Assembly (NCBI GenBank): GCA_050123375.1
Contig: JASFHF010000003.1
Coordinates: 2,064 to 66,063 of the forward strand
DNA from: Gammaproteobacteria bacterium
GTDB taxonomy: Bacteria; Pseudomonadota; Gammaproteobacteria; UBA12402
Direction: 5' to 3'
DNA: 64,000 bases
A model generated the notes under the pieces. The model was given only the letters and a program-made list of their open reading frames with translations, was not told the origin of the DNA and made no database searches. Every line of letters starts with the position of its first letter. Position 1 is the stretch's first letter. Both the position numbers and the translations under genes were made by a program. This document shows positions 20,226-31,650 of the stretch, piece after piece.

Positions 20226-20342
20226 GATATTGCCTTTGCCGAGTTCGCTTTAGATTTTAATCTGAGCATTGTGCCGGTTTAACACGTGCTTCACGATTGC
20301 CAGTCCTAAACCGGTCCCGCCGCTAGCGCGGGATCTGGTTTT
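20226..20342 (-). pseudogene. C-terminal fragment of a PhoR-like histidine kinase
   Basis: Minus strand reads [36 protein letters not shown] (G2 box) with an internal stop; no upstream part present. Confidence 0.8.
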
Positions 20343-20361
20343 TATAGCAAGAGTATGATAG

Positions 20362-21528
20362 TTAATATTTTTTTGAAAAATATTTTTTAATTCCTTCTTG
20401 CCAAGGTAAAACTAAAATGTTTTCTATTTTTCTACGATATTTTTCTTTGGTTAAGCGAATTGCTTCGCATTTACCAAAATCTTTAGTTAATTTAATAAAA
20501 TTGGATAGTTTAGTGTCTGATACATTTATAGAGCTTTTTATCTCGATAAATAAAGTAGGCAATCCTGGTCGTTCCACGATTAAATCTATTTCAACGTCAT
20601 CTTTAGTTTTTAAGTATGAAAATTTAAATTCTGGATAGTAATACGATGCAAGTTTTATGCATTCTAAAATGATAAAGTGTTCGAAGGCTTCGCCGTATGC
20701 GCTGGTTCTTGGTTTTAATTCAGATGTTAAAGTGCGAGTTAACGCTCTGGTTACACCAATATCAAAATAATAAAATTTTGGTTTTAAACTTAAGCGTTTA
20801 CGAAATGAATTTTTAAATGGTTCTAAAAAGAAACCAAGCAAAGTATCTTCTAAAATAGAAAAATAGCTTTTTACTGTTTTGTGATCTACACCTACATCTT
20901 GTGATATATTATTGAAATTAATAATTTTTCCGTTACTTTGTGCCGAAACTTCTAAAAATTTTCTAAATGGATCTAGTTTTCTGATAAATTGTTCGTTCCA
21001 AATTTCTTCTTTTAAATAAGTATGTGCATAGGCGCGCAGGAATTGAATTTTTTCTTCACTGGTAGTAAAGCTAATTATTTCTGGTAAAGTGCCCCAGTTT
21101 AATACTGCATCTAAGTTAAATTTATCTTTTAATTCAAGAAATGAGAATGGAAATAAATGATAAACAAAGGCTCTGCCTGCTAAAAGATTTGCGCCACCGT
21201 GTTTTAATTTTCTAGCGCTTGAACCGGTCAAAATAAATTTTTTGTTAGTAACTCTAATCAAATGATGAATGACATCTAATAATTTTGGAATTTTTTGTAC
21301 TTCATCAATGATGATATGGGTTTGTTTTACCGGCATAGCATCGACTAATTCTTTTAACAAATTTGGATTACGCGCGAAACGATCTTCTTCAGCTGGATCT
21401 AATAAGTCAATCCATAAGGCTTGGGTTGTGGTAAATAATTGTTCTAGTAAAGTGCTTTTGCCGGTGCCTCTAGCCCCGAAGATAAAGAAGCTACGGTTTT
21501 TGGGTAGAGTTAATAATCTGGTTAGCAT
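20362..21528 (-). CDS. AAA_14/DUF4143 ATPase, paralog 3
   Basis: GARGTGKS, IIDEVQK, TGSSARKL, EIDL...FIEIK. Confidence 0.88.
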   Translation of the reverse strand: MLTRLLTLPKNRSFFIFGARGTGKSTLLEQLFTTTQALWIDLLDPAEEDRFARNPNLLKELVDAMPVKQTHIIIDEVQKIPKLLDVIHHLIRVTNKKFILTGSSARKLKHGGANLLAGRAFVYHLFPFSFLELKDKFNLDAVLNWGTLPEIISFTTSEEKIQFLRAYAHTYLKEEIWNEQFIRKLDPFRKFLEVSAQSNGKIINFNNISQDVGVDHKTVKSYFSILEDTLLGFFLEPFKNSFRKRLSLKPKFYYFDIGVTRALTRTLTSELKPRTSAYGEAFEHFIILECIKLASYYYPEFKFSYLKTKDDVEIDLIVERPGLPTLFIEIKSSINVSDTKLSNFIKLTKDFGKCEAIRLTKEKYRRKIENILVLPWQEGIKKYFSKKY

Positions 21529-21542
21529 TGTTATATTCCTTT

Positions 21543-21589
21543 TTAGACCATACTCCCAAATTGTACGCCATTTTGGGAGTATGGTCTAA
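21543..21589. repeat. Inverted repeat upstream of DUF4143 paralog 3
   Basis: 18-bp perfect arms TTAGACCATACTCCCAAA with an 11-bp loop. Confidence 0.85.
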
Positions 21590-21646
21590 GAATTTTTACC
21601 TATCTTCTTGAATTTTCCTAAAACAGCGCATATTTTATAAGTAATG

Positions 21647-21757
21647 GGGGTCAGGTCTTGAATTTTGACTTTGGCTTAATGGATAAAGATGGCAAAATTA
21701 GATTTTAAGTTTTAAATTAGGGTTTAAAATTCAAGACCTGACCCCGCTACGGAGTAA
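21647..21757. repeat. REPIN/MITE-like element, family A, copy 3
   Basis: GGGGTCAGGTCTTGAATTTT ... AAAATTCAAGACCTGACCCC followed by GCTACGGAGTAA. Confidence 0.9.
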
Positions 21758-21784
21758 GCTTAACTTTCTACGGAGTAATGAAAT

Positions 21785-24355
21785 ATGCGTTTTGACAAAT
21801 TAACCAGCAGTTTTCAGGTGGCGTTATCAGATGCGCAGTCGCAAGCTTTAGGACGCGATAATGCGTTTATTGAGCCGGTGCATTTGATGAAGGCGTTGCT
21901 TGAGCAGGATGGCGGCACGGTACGGCCTTTGTTGATACAAGCCGGTGTTGATATTCAAACCTTACACGCCAAAATTAATCAGGCGATTGATGCTTTGCCC
22001 ACAGTTTCAGGAACAGGCGGGGAAATGCATATTTCTAATGATTTGAATAAAATTTTAAATTTAACCGATAAGCTTGCGCAAAAAAATCAGGATCAATTTA
22101 TCTCATCTGAATTATTTGTGTTGGCAGCATTACAAGATAAAGGATCGCTGGCTAAAATTTTAAAACAATGCGGCGCGACCGAAAATTTATTACAAAATGC
22201 GATTAAAAATATTCGCGGGGGACAAACAGTGAATAGTCAGGATGCAGAACAACAGCGGCAGGCATTAGAAAAATATACGATCAATTTAACCGAACGTGCG
22301 GAAGATGGAAAATTAGATCCAGTGATTGGGCGTGATGATGAAATTCGCAGAGTTATTCAGGTTTTATCGCGCCGTACTAAAAATAATCCGGTGTTAATTG
22401 GTGAGCCCGGGGTTGGTAAAACTGCAATTGTTGAGGGTTTGGCGCAACGCATTGTTAATGGTGAAGTACCCGAAGGTTTAAAAAATAAAAGCGTATTGAT
22501 TTTAGATATGGGTGCATTAATTGCTGGCGCAAAATTTCGTGGTGAATTTGAAGAACGTTTAAAAGCGGTATTGAAAGATCTTGCAAAACAAGAAGGCAAT
22601 ATAATTTTATTTATTGATGAAATTCATACGATGGTTGGTGCTGGTAAAGCTGAAGGAGCGATGGATGCAGGCAATATGTTAAAACCGGCTCTTGCTCGTG
22701 GTGAATTGCATTGTATTGGTGCAACTACTTTGGATGAATATAGAAAATATATCGAGAAAGATGCAGCGCTTGAGCGAAGGTTTCAAAAAGTTTTGGTGGA
22801 TGAGCCGACCAGTGAAGATGCAATTGCAATTTTACGCGGTTTAAAAGAACGTTATGAAATTCATCATGGTGTAGAAATAACTGATGCGGCAATTATTGCG
22901 GCGGTAAATTTATCGCAGCGTTATATTACTGATCGGCAATTGCCGGATAAAGCAATTGATTTAATTGATGAAGCAGCAAGCCAAATTAGAATGGAAATTG
23001 ATTCGAAGCCGGAAGAAATGGACAAATTGGATCGACGTTTAATTCAATTAAAAATTGAACGCGAAGCATTAAAAAAAGAAACTGATGCATCATCAAAAAA
23101 ACGTTTAGCAGATTTAAAAGCAGAAATTAAAAAACTTGAAAAACAATATAGTGATTTAGAGGAAATTTGGAAAGCAGAAAAAGCAGCTGTTTTAGGTACT
23201 AAACAAATTAAGGAAGATTTAGATCATGCCAGAGTTGAATTAGAAGCGGCTAAACGACAAGGTGATTTAACTAAAATGTCAGAATTGCAATACGGGAAAA
23301 TTCCAGAACTTGAAAAAAAATTACAACAAGCAACAACCGCAGAAAAGCAAGAGCCAAAATTATTGCGTAACAAAGTAACTGCTGAAGAAGTTGCAGAAAT
23401 CGTTTCCAAGTGGACGCATATTCCGGTAAGTAAAATGCTCGAAGGCGAAAAAGAAAAATTATTAAAGATGGAAGAGTTTTTACACAAGCGTGTTATAGGT
23501 CAGGATGAAGCTATAAATGCAGTGGCAAATGCGATTCGGCGTTCGCGTGCCGGGTTAGGTGATCCGAATCGTCCAGTTGGTTCATTTTTATTTTTAGGGC
23601 CGACCGGTGTTGGTAAAACCGAATTATGTAAATCATTAGCTGAATTTTTATTTGATACCGAAGAAGCGATGATACGGATTGATATGTCAGAATTTATGGA
23701 AAAACATTCGGTGGCGCGGCTAATTGGCGCTCCGCCCGGATATGTCGGATATGAAGAAGGCGGATATTTGACCGAAGCGGTTCGGCGCCGTCCATATTCG
23801 TTGATTTTGTTAGATGAAGTGGAAAAAGCGCATACGGAAGTTTTTAATATTTTGTTGCAAGTTTTAGATGATGGGCGTTTAACTGATGGGCAGGGCAGGA
23901 CAGTTGATTTTAGAAATACCGTAATTGTGATGACATCAAATCTTGGGTCGCAATTAATTCAGGAAATGGCAGGTGATGGTTATAATAAAATGAAGAATGC
24001 GGTAATGGAAATTGTTGCCCAACATTTTCGTCCGGAATTTATTAATCGGATTGATGAAACTGTGGTGTTTCATAGTTTGAATGAGGCGCAGATTCATGCG
24101 ATTGCTGAAATTCAAGTGGGACGACTTGCAAAACGTTTGGCGGAAAAAGAAATTAAATTATCAGTTACAGAAAATGCAATAGATTTTCTTGCCAAAGCTG
24201 GTTTTGATCCAGTGTATGGTGCGCGTCCTTTAAAGCGTGCAGTGCAGAATTATTTGGAAAATCCATTAGCACAAGAGATTTTAGCGGGTAAATTTTTACC
24301 AGGAGATAAGATTAAAGTTACAAAAGTTGCTGATAGATTACAATTTAAAAAGTAA
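21785..24355 (+). CDS. clpB: Chaperone ClpB
   Basis: Two AAA modules ([16 protein letters not shown]), M-domain, GARPLKR. Confidence 0.97.
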   Translation: MRFDKLTSSFQVALSDAQSQALGRDNAFIEPVHLMKALLEQDGGTVRPLLIQAGVDIQTLHAKINQAIDALPTVSGTGGEMHISNDLNKILNLTDKLAQKNQDQFISSELFVLAALQDKGSLAKILKQCGATENLLQNAIKNIRGGQTVNSQDAEQQRQALEKYTINLTERAEDGKLDPVIGRDDEIRRVIQVLSRRTKNNPVLIGEPGVGKTAIVEGLAQRIVNGEVPEGLKNKSVLILDMGALIAGAKFRGEFEERLKAVLKDLAKQEGNIILFIDEIHTMVGAGKAEGAMDAGNMLKPALARGELHCIGATTLDEYRKYIEKDAALERRFQKVLVDEPTSEDAIAILRGLKERYEIHHGVEITDAAIIAAVNLSQRYITDRQLPDKAIDLIDEAASQIRMEIDSKPEEMDKLDRRLIQLKIEREALKKETDASSKKRLADLKAEIKKLEKQYSDLEEIWKAEKAAVLGTKQIKEDLDHARVELEAAKRQGDLTKMSELQYGKIPELEKKLQQATTAEKQEPKLLRNKVTAEEVAEIVSKWTHIPVSKMLEGEKEKLLKMEEFLHKRVIGQDEAINAVANAIRRSRAGLGDPNRPVGSFLFLGPTGVGKTELCKSLAEFLFDTEEAMIRIDMSEFMEKHSVARLIGAPPGYVGYEEGGYLTEAVRRRPYSLILLDEVEKAHTEVFNILLQVLDDGRLTDGQGRTVDFRNTVIVMTSNLGSQLIQEMAGDGYNKMKNAVMEIVAQHFRPEFINRIDETVVFHSLNEAQIHAIAEIQVGRLAKRLAEKEIKLSVTENAIDFLAKAGFDPVYGARPLKRAVQNYLENPLAQEILAGKFLPGDKIKVTKVADRLQFKK

Positions 24356-24430
24356 CGAAACACCTTCCAAAAGAAACTCCAAGCTGTTAATATCTAAATG
24401 ATATGGATATAACTAAATGGAGGACCCGTC

Positions 24431-25300
24431 ATGAAAAAGATCTTTTTATGTGTTTTATTGTTTATTATTCCTGCTTTTGTTTTAGCCGTTCCGCGAATGC
24501 AGTTTGTTAAAAAACATGGGGTTACTAATGTTGATTTTTTGTGTGATTTACAACAAAAAGCACAAAGAGGTGATGCAGAAAGCGCCGCTTATCTTGGGAT
24601 GAAGTATGTTGGTGGCACCATAGGAATTTTGCCTAATTATAAATTGGGGTTGTATTGGTTGAAGAAAGCTGCGCAGCAAAAAGTTCCATTGGCTTGTTAT
24701 ATTTTGGCAAGATATTATTTGGAAGGTTGTCCGGGTTTGTCGGTAAATAAACAAAAAGCACAAAAATATGCCAAAATAGCTTTTGATGCATTTCAAGCAG
24801 ATTTAGCTGCGAATAAATATAGTAAGGCGATGAAATCGATAATCCAATATAATTTAGGAGATTTATATTTTTGGGGATTTCCAGGAGTCGTAAAACAAGA
24901 TTTAGCTAAGGCATTTGCATTGACCAAGCTTGCTGCAAATGGTGGTGATGAACATGCTATGCGTAGGTTATCTCTGATGTATCGTTATGGAGTTGGAACG
25001 AAGAGTAATTTAGTTAAAGCGCATAAGTGGTCTTTGTTTTTGGCTAACCTTGGTTTGGTGGAAGCACAATATGCAACGGGTTTAGATTATATTAATGGTA
25101 TTGGTACTGCGACAAATAGAGATAAAGGTCTTTACTGGCTAAGTGAAGCAGCAGGTAATGGTTATTATCCAGCGATAATTGAGCTGGTAGAACTTAGTAA
25201 ACAAGGGAAAATTACCAGTATATCAGATACGCGCAGAATGAGGATAAAGAATGTTATTGAGCGTATGATGACGCATGGCGCACCTTTTGTGGCAAAATAG
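24431..25300 (+). CDS. Secreted Sel1-repeat protein
   Basis: Signal peptide and repeated A..LG..Y..G.G....KA..W...AA units. Confidence 0.85.
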   Translation: MKKIFLCVLLFIIPAFVLAVPRMQFVKKHGVTNVDFLCDLQQKAQRGDAESAAYLGMKYVGGTIGILPNYKLGLYWLKKAAQQKVPLACYILARYYLEGCPGLSVNKQKAQKYAKIAFDAFQADLAANKYSKAMKSIIQYNLGDLYFWGFPGVVKQDLAKAFALTKLAANGGDEHAMRRLSLMYRYGVGTKSNLVKAHKWSLFLANLGLVEAQYATGLDYINGIGTATNRDKGLYWLSEAAGNGYYPAIIELVELSKQGKITSISDTRRMRIKNVIERMMTHGAPFVAK

Positions 25301-25379
25301 ATTTAAAGTCTTGGTGACATTATTCTAAAATGCTAAAATTGCAGTTTAATAGGTGTCGGATACCATAATAGGAGGTTAC

Positions 25380-25820
25380 ATGCTTAAGTATAAACACATC
25401 TTATTGGCTACAGATTTTTCTGAAGGTACGGCTCACATTCTTGATGAGGGGTGTGAGTTGGCCAAGCAAATGGGTGCAAAAATTAGTTTGTTACATGTTG
25501 TAGAACCATTGCCAGGTTATGGTTATGCTTTTATTGGTTCAGCTGAGATTGAACTGCAATTGGTAGATGAATCAAAAAAACAATTAGCCAAATTAGGCAA
25601 AAAATACTCGATTGATACAAAAAATCAGTTTGTGGAAATTGGTCCTCCTAAAGCTGAAATTACCCGAGTTGCTGAGGAACAAGGAGTAGATCTGATTATT
25701 GTTGGCAGTCACGGTAGGCATGGGTTTGTTGAAAATTTATTAGGTTCTACTGCAAACGCAGTAGTACATCATGCTAAATGTGATGTGTTGACAGTAAAGA
25801 TCAAAGAGCGCAAAAAATGA
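25380..25820 (+). CDS. Universal stress protein
   Basis: ILLATDFS, IIVGSHGRHG, LLGSTANAV; GGAGG RBS before ATG 25380. Confidence 0.92.
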   Translation: MLKYKHILLATDFSEGTAHILDEGCELAKQMGAKISLLHVVEPLPGYGYAFIGSAEIELQLVDESKKQLAKLGKKYSIDTKNQFVEIGPPKAEITRVAEEQGVDLIIVGSHGRHGFVENLLGSTANAVVHHAKCDVLTVKIKERKK

Positions 25821-26551
25821 ACGAAACAGAAGAGCGCGAACGACGGTTTATAAAAGGGATTTATCTTTTACCTAATCTTTTTACCACTTCAGGTTTGTTT
25901 GCTGGTTTTTATGCTATTGTTGCTGCTATGAAAGGTATGTTTACGGTTGCATCACTAGCAATTTTTATTGCTATGGTGGCAGATTCTTTGGACGGCCGCA
26001 TTGCGCGGCTAACGCATACTCAAAGTGCGTTTGGAGCCGAATATGATAGTATCTCGGATATGGTGGCATTTGGTGTTGCACCAGCTTTAGTTGCGTATAG
26101 TTTAGCTCTCCATCATTTAGGCAAGATTGGTTGGTTGATTGCGTTTTTTTATATGGCTTCAACTGGTTTAAGGCTTGCCAGATTTAATGTATTAACCAAA
26201 AAAATTGAACCTGATAAACGTTATTTTAAAGGTTTACCATGTACAGCATCTGCTGGTTTTGTTGCTGGAATGATTTGGATGCAGCAAATATATCAATTGC
26301 AAGGTTGGTATGTGGATCTTTTTGTAAGCGTGTTGACTATTATAGCTGCAATTTTAATGGTTAGTAATGTACGTTATCGTAGTTTTAAGGATATAAATTG
26401 GCACGGTAGCGTGCCATTTTTGCATGTTTTGATTTTGGTGTTATTGTTTGTAGCGATTGCGCTTGATCCTCCACGGGTTTTATTCGCAATTTTTTCTTTG
26501 TACCTTATTTCTGGACCGCTCACGATACCAAGTAGAATAATAAAGAAATGA
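25817..26551 (+). CDS. pssA: CDP-diacylglycerol-serine O-phosphatidyltransferase
   Basis: [15 protein letters not shown]...[24 protein letters not shown]. Confidence 0.93.
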   Translation: MNETEERERRFIKGIYLLPNLFTTSGLFAGFYAIVAAMKGMFTVASLAIFIAMVADSLDGRIARLTHTQSAFGAEYDSISDMVAFGVAPALVAYSLALHHLGKIGWLIAFFYMASTGLRLARFNVLTKKIEPDKRYFKGLPCTASAGFVAGMIWMQQIYQLQGWYVDLFVSVLTIIAAILMVSNVRYRSFKDINWHGSVPFLHVLILVLLFVAIALDPPRVLFAIFSLYLISGPLTIPSRIIKK

Positions 26552-28017
26552 ATTGTATGGAAAATCAATTATCTTTTGCTAAACAAGAATTATTAGAGCC
26601 GGCTGGTTTGGATGAAACAAAATTACAGCAGGTTTTGTCTGATATTTTAACTCATAAAGTTGATTATGCTGATTTATATTTTCAAGCAAATCATTCTGAA
26701 TCATGGGTATTAGAAGAAAGTATTGTTAAGCATGGTAGTTATAGTGTTGCGCGAGGTGTGGGAATACGTGCATTAAGCGGAGTTAAAACTGGTTTTGCTT
26801 ATGCAGATGAAATTGAGTTAACTAGTTTGCAGCGGGCAGCAGTTGCTGCGCGCAGTGTTGCTAATGTTAATACGCCACAAAAAGTTCAGTCCATTAATCC
26901 GGTTAAAGCTCATAGTTTGTATTCATCAATAAATCCTCTAAATACTTTGTCCGAAGAAAAAAAAGTTGCATTATTGCATCAGATTGATCAGGAGGCGCGC
27001 GCGCAGGATAAACGTGTTTCTCAAGTAATGGTAAGTTTAAGCGGTGTTTATCAAACTATATTGGTAATTGCAAGCGATGGTACTTTAGCTGCTGATGTTA
27101 GACCATTAGTTAGTATGAATGTTAGTGTGATTGCAGAAGAAGGTAGTCGGCGTGAACATGGTTCTTGCGGCGGCGGTAGTCGGGCTGGTTATGAATTTTT
27201 TCTCGAAGAAAATCGTTGTTTATATTACGCTAATTGCGCAGCAAGACAAGCTATTGTGAATTTATCTGCGGTTGCAATGCCGGCTGGAGTTATGCCGGTA
27301 GTGTTAGGTCCTGGTTGGCCGGGAGTATTATTGCACGAAGCAGTTGGGCATGGTTTAGAAGGTGATTTTAATCGCAAAAAAACCTCGATGTATGCTGACA
27401 AAATTGGTAAACAAGTTGCATCAAAACATTGTACCGTAGTTGATGATGGGACTTTAAAACAACGTCGTGGTTCAATAAATATTGATGATGAAGGAGTTCC
27501 ATCAGAACATACAGTCTTAATTGAAAAAGGAATTTTAAAAGGTTACATGCAGGACAAATTCAATGCACGATTGATGGGGGTAAAATCTACAGGAAACGGT
27601 CGTAGAGAAAATTATGCCAATTTAGTTTATCCGCGGATGACTAATACTTATTTAATGGCTGGTGAGTATATGCCGGAAGAAATTATTGCTTCCATTGACA
27701 AGGGCTTATATGCAGTGAATTTTTCTGGCGGGCAAGTAGATATTACTTCAGGAAAATTTGTTTTTTCTACTAGCGAAGCTTATTTAATTGAAAAAGGTAA
27801 AATTACTAAACCAGTAAAAGGCGCAACTTTAATTGGCAGCGGTCCGGAAGTGTTAAACCAGGTTTCAATGGTAGGGAATAATTTGCAATTTGATTTGGGT
27901 GTTGGTGTTTGTGGTAAAGAAGGTCAATCAGTAGAAGTTGGTGTTGGACAACCAACTGTTAAGGTTGATGAGATTACGGTTGGTGGTACTGGGGTCGGGT
28001 CTTCACTCATTACATGA
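26548..28017 (+). CDS. tldD: Metalloprotease TldD
   Basis: [30 protein letters not shown]; stop codon lies in a REP arm. Confidence 0.95.
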   Translation: MNCMENQLSFAKQELLEPAGLDETKLQQVLSDILTHKVDYADLYFQANHSESWVLEESIVKHGSYSVARGVGIRALSGVKTGFAYADEIELTSLQRAAVAARSVANVNTPQKVQSINPVKAHSLYSSINPLNTLSEEKKVALLHQIDQEARAQDKRVSQVMVSLSGVYQTILVIASDGTLAADVRPLVSMNVSVIAEEGSRREHGSCGGGSRAGYEFFLEENRCLYYANCAARQAIVNLSAVAMPAGVMPVVLGPGWPGVLLHEAVGHGLEGDFNRKKTSMYADKIGKQVASKHCTVVDDGTLKQRRGSINIDDEGVPSEHTVLIEKGILKGYMQDKFNARLMGVKSTGNGRRENYANLVYPRMTNTYLMAGEYMPEEIIASIDKGLYAVNFSGGQVDITSGKFVFSTSEAYLIEKGKITKPVKGATLIGSGPEVLNQVSMVGNNLQFDLGVGVCGKEGQSVEVGVGQPTVKVDEITVGGTGVGSSLIT

Positions 28018-28059
28018 TGCAACATACAACGCATATGTAATGAGTGAAGACCCGACCCC
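27991..28059. repeat. REPIN, family B
   Basis: Perfect 25-bp arms GGGGTCGGGTCTTCACTCATTACAT. Confidence 0.92.
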
Positions 28060-28103
28060 CCATTGGCTACTTAAATATTGCTTCGAAACAACACAGGAAA
28101 GTT

Positions 28104-29432
28104 ATGAAGTTTAAAAAACTAGAACAACTTAAACAAAAAATCGAATATGTTTTGCATTGCGCCAGGCAAGCAGGCGCAAGTGATGCTGAAGTACATGCAG
28201 TAATCGAAGATGGTTTTATCGTTACTGTGCGTAATGGTGAATTAGATACAGTTGAATATCATTGTGATAATGGTATTGGTATAGATGTGTATTTTGGCAA
28301 AAAACATGGAGTAGTCTCAACTGCTGACATGAGTAAATCTGCTTTGCGTGAAGTGGTGATAGCTGCGTGTAATATTGCTAAATTTACTCAAGAAGATCCA
28401 TGCAATGGTTTGGCTGATAAAGAGTTAATGGCAAAAAAAATTGAAAATTTGGATATATATCATGATTGGGAAATTGATTCTGAGCAAGCGATTAAAATCG
28501 CGTTAGAAAATGAAACTTATGCAAGAAATTTAGATAAGCGAATTAAAAATTCTGAAGGGGTTTCAATTTCTAGTCACAAAAATTTTTATGTTTATGGTAA
28601 TAGCCATGGTTTTGTTGGAGCAGTTCCTAGTACACGGCATAGTGCGAGTTATGCATTGATTGCTGAACAAAACGGCGAAATGGAACGTGATTATGATTAT
28701 ACAGTATCGTGCGATGCGCATAACTTAGAAAATTTTCAGTCAGTTGCGAAAAAAACCGTAGAAAAAACAGTTACACGGTTAGGCGCGACTAAAATTGCTA
28801 CGCAAAAAAGACCGGTAATTTTTGCATCCGACATTGCCAAAAGTTTACTTGCTAATTTTGCGGCGGCAATTAACGGTAATAATTTATATCGCAAGGCATC
28901 TTTTTTAGTTGATCATTTAAATAAACCGGTGTTTGCGAAACGGGTAAGAATTTTTGAAGATCCATGGATCAAAAAATCTTTAAACAGTTCTTATTTTGAT
29001 GCGGAAGGTGTTGCTACATATAAAAAAGATTTTGTTAAAGACGGCATGCTGCAAAATTATGTTTTAGGAAGTTACTCGGCGCGTAAATTGGGTATGCAAA
29101 CTACAGCTAATGCTGGCGGTGTATTTAATTTATTTATTCAGGATGATGGAATTGATTTACCAGGATTACTTAAAAAAATGGATACAGGTGTATTAATTAC
29201 CGAATTATCAGGGCAGGGTATTAATCTTGTAACTGGTGATTACTCTCGTGGTGCGGTTGGTTTTTGGGTTGAACGTGGCGAAATTCAACATCCGGTTTCT
29301 GAAATAACTATTGCGGGTAATTTACGTGATATGTTTATGAATTTAGTTGCAGTTGGTAACGATATTGATTATCGCGGCAACATAAAATCCGGTTCGATTT
29401 TATTGGAAGAGATGACGGTTGCGGGGCATTAA
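28104..29432 (+). CDS. pmbA: Metalloprotease PmbA (TldE)
   Basis: FDAEGV, VTGDYSRGA, EITIAGNL; start moved out of the REP. Confidence 0.93.
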   Translation: MKFKKLEQLKQKIEYVLHCARQAGASDAEVHAVIEDGFIVTVRNGELDTVEYHCDNGIGIDVYFGKKHGVVSTADMSKSALREVVIAACNIAKFTQEDPCNGLADKELMAKKIENLDIYHDWEIDSEQAIKIALENETYARNLDKRIKNSEGVSISSHKNFYVYGNSHGFVGAVPSTRHSASYALIAEQNGEMERDYDYTVSCDAHNLENFQSVAKKTVEKTVTRLGATKIATQKRPVIFASDIAKSLLANFAAAINGNNLYRKASFLVDHLNKPVFAKRVRIFEDPWIKKSLNSSYFDAEGVATYKKDFVKDGMLQNYVLGSYSARKLGMQTTANAGGVFNLFIQDDGIDLPGLLKKMDTGVLITELSGQGINLVTGDYSRGAVGFWVERGEIQHPVSEITIAGNLRDMFMNLVAVGNDIDYRGNIKSGSILLEEMTVAGH

Positions 29433-30463
29433 AACACTTGAATTTTATTTTTCAAACCAAATTCATCTGCTAGTTTTAAGGTTTTATCTAATGGCTTAAT
29501 GCCGTCGGAATTGTGCGGTGAACCGATTGCGGCGGCGGCACAAGCAGTAGCGAGTTTTTGGGTTTTTTTGTGCGGCCATTGTTCATGTAGTCCAACTAAT
29601 ATTCCAGTGCAGAATGCATCGCCTGCACCGCACGCAGCGACAAAACCATGCGGCGGGATATTTAATGATGGATACCAGGTGCCGTGTTGTTTACCTTTGA
29701 TTAGCCAATATGAGCCTTCGGGCATGTGAATAATTACATTTTTTTTCACGCCGCGTTCAAATAAAAACTGCGCAGCTTTTTTTATAGCTTGCTTATTAAG
29801 GTTGTTTTGCAAATCACGAATTAGTTGGCCAGAGGTTTTTTGGGCTTCAAGTTCATTTATCACAAAATGATCAATATAAGGTAAAGCAGGAATTACAATT
29901 TTTTGATAGCGGTTAGCGCTTTCTGTTGCAATATCAACTACAGTTTCCATGCCGGCTTGTTGCACATCATGTAAAACTTTTGCGGCTGCGATAACAAAAC
30001 GTGCATCCGGACTTTCCATGGCATCCATTAATAATAAATGGCCAAAATAAAAGAGTTTGGTTTCATTGGCTTGTAGTTTTTTAATTGGAATGTGATGGTG
30101 CGCAAAAATACGATTGACTCCTCTAAAATGAAACATGGTGCGTATGCCGCCACGTTGCAGAGTCATCACATCAGTATAAGCTGTCATGCCTTTTTTAATC
30201 GTTTGTAGAAATTTAATATTAATTTTTTTAAATTTGCATAATTTTTTAATGTAACGTCCGCCAAAATCATCACCGATACATCCAATACCGTAAGTAGGAA
30301 TATTGATATTTAAATTTGCTAAATTAATAATAATATTAAATGGTGCGCCGCCATTTGATAAAAGTTCAGCTTTAATATTACATAGTTCAGATTTTTTTGG
30401 CCAATGGTCAATAAATTTAATGTGATCGACTACCCAATGTCCTGCACATGCTATTCCCGGCAT
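29429..30463 (-). CDS. PfkB-family carbohydrate kinase
   Basis: GGAPFN, INELEA, GAGDAF. Confidence 0.88.
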   Translation of the reverse strand: MPGIACAGHWVVDHIKFIDHWPKKSELCNIKAELLSNGGAPFNIIINLANLNINIPTYGIGCIGDDFGGRYIKKLCKFKKINIKFLQTIKKGMTAYTDVMTLQRGGIRTMFHFRGVNRIFAHHHIPIKKLQANETKLFYFGHLLLMDAMESPDARFVIAAAKVLHDVQQAGMETVVDIATESANRYQKIVIPALPYIDHFVINELEAQKTSGQLIRDLQNNLNKQAIKKAAQFLFERGVKKNVIIHMPEGSYWLIKGKQHGTWYPSLNIPPHGFVAACGAGDAFCTGILVGLHEQWPHKKTQKLATACAAAAIGSPHNSDGIKPLDKTLKLADEFGLKNKIQVF

Positions 30464-30729
30464 TTTTCTTCTCCAAAACCACTGTTAATTAATGCTTTGA
30501 TTTCTTTCATAGCTTGTTTTTCATCTTTGCCGTCAATCTCAAAATTAATTTTGGTGCCCTCAGTTGCAGCAAGCATCATAACATCCATAATATTCTTACC
30601 ATCTACACATTTATCTCCTTTGCATAATTTGATTTTGCTGCTGAATTTTGAAGTAAGCGCAACTAGTTTTGCTGAAGTTCGTGCATGCAAACCTAATTTA
30701 TTAATAATGGTTAATTTTCTTTTAATCAT
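30451..30729 (-). CDS. HPr/NPr phosphocarrier
   Basis: GLHAR motif, DGKNIMDVMML. Confidence 0.92.
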   Translation of the reverse strand: MIKRKLTIINKLGLHARTSAKLVALTSKFSSKIKLCKGDKCVDGKNIMDVMMLAATEGTKINFEIDGKDEKQAMKEIKALINSGFGEEKCRE

Positions 30730-30757
30730 GTTAATTTTTCACCATATTTATTGATAG

Positions 30758-30873
30758 ATGATTATGAGGTTTTGGGTGACTTTTTTCGACGACTAGCGCC
30801 CATGGATGGAAGCGCGGGAGACACATGGATGTGTCAGGGAGGAGAAAACAGTCACCCAAAACCTCATAATCAT
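30758..30873. repeat. Palindromic element with 24-bp arms (family E)
   Basis: ATGATTATGAGGTTTTGGGTGACT arms; GC-rich core with two CATGGATG motifs. Confidence 0.8.
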
Positions 30874-30918
30874 TTGAGGCCGAAAAATAAAAAATGACTG
30901 AACAGTTGCTAATCATAA

Positions 30919-31326
30919 TTATTCATAGGGTAAATGTTGGTCATCAATAATGCCTTTTTTGCCGCCGCGGATTACCTTGGTTACCATTTTATCTAATGGT
31001 AAATTAGCATAATTAACGATGGTTACTAACATTGGCAGATTAACCCCGGAAATAATTCGAATATTATTGCTGCATTGTTTTTTTAATGTATAAGCAATAT
31101 TGCTGGGAGTTGATCCATACAAGTCAGTTAGAATTAATATGCCGTCGCCTTTATCTAATTGTTTAATTTTCTTGTTTAGTTGATCAATCAAAATTTCCGG
31201 ATCCTCTTGTTGTTTAATATTGCTGGCAACAAAAGTTAACGGCAATTTCTCAAAAGTATTTTTTAATTCATTAAGCAGTGATTTCCCCATATTTGCATGG
31301 GTGATTAATAAAACACTTATATTCAT
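30919..31326 (-). CDS. PTS EIIA component (mannose type)
   Basis: LLITH, LTDLYGSTPSN, SGVNLPML. Confidence 0.9.
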   Translation of the reverse strand: MNISVLLITHANMGKSLLNELKNTFEKLPLTFVASNIKQQEDPEILIDQLNKKIKQLDKGDGILILTDLYGSTPSNIAYTLKKQCSNNIRIISGVNLPMLVTIVNYANLPLDKMVTKVIRGGKKGIIDDQHLPYE

Positions 31327-31338
31327 AATAAACTCTAA

Positions 31339-31632
31339 TTATTCGCTATGATCCGTCATTTTTTCTTTTACTTTAATTATTTGGCGATCTAGTTTGATTA
31401 ACATTTCATCGATAGCTTTATACATATTTTCAGCTTCACCGTGCGCATTAACTTCTATACCATTCGCGTGGATATTAGCTTTGGCAATATTATTTAAATT
31501 TTCAACGGTCAACACAATGTCAGCTTTGGTAAAACCATGCGTAAAGTGTTTTTCAATTTTTTTAAATTTTTTTTCAATTAAACTGCGTAGCGGATCAGTA
31601 ATATCAATTTTGTGTCCGGTTATTGTGATCAT
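31339..31632 (-). CDS. hpf: Ribosome hibernation promoting factor
   Basis: ITGHKIDITD, MYKAID...KLDRQ; follows lptB. Confidence 0.88.
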   Translation of the reverse strand: MITITGHKIDITDPLRSLIEKKFKKIEKHFTHGFTKADIVLTVENLNNIAKANIHANGIEVNAHGEAENMYKAIDEMLIKLDRQIIKVKEKMTDHSE

Positions 31633-31650
31633 AGTTTTTCTCCTTTTTTG

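Noticed and set aside
5151-21778. CTACGGAGTA as a DNA uptake sequence
   Set aside because: Only five copies were noticed in 64 kb, mostly tied to family A elements; too sparse.
30731-30916. 61-aa ORF between EIIA and HPr
   Set aside because: It runs across the family E palindrome and has no protein features.
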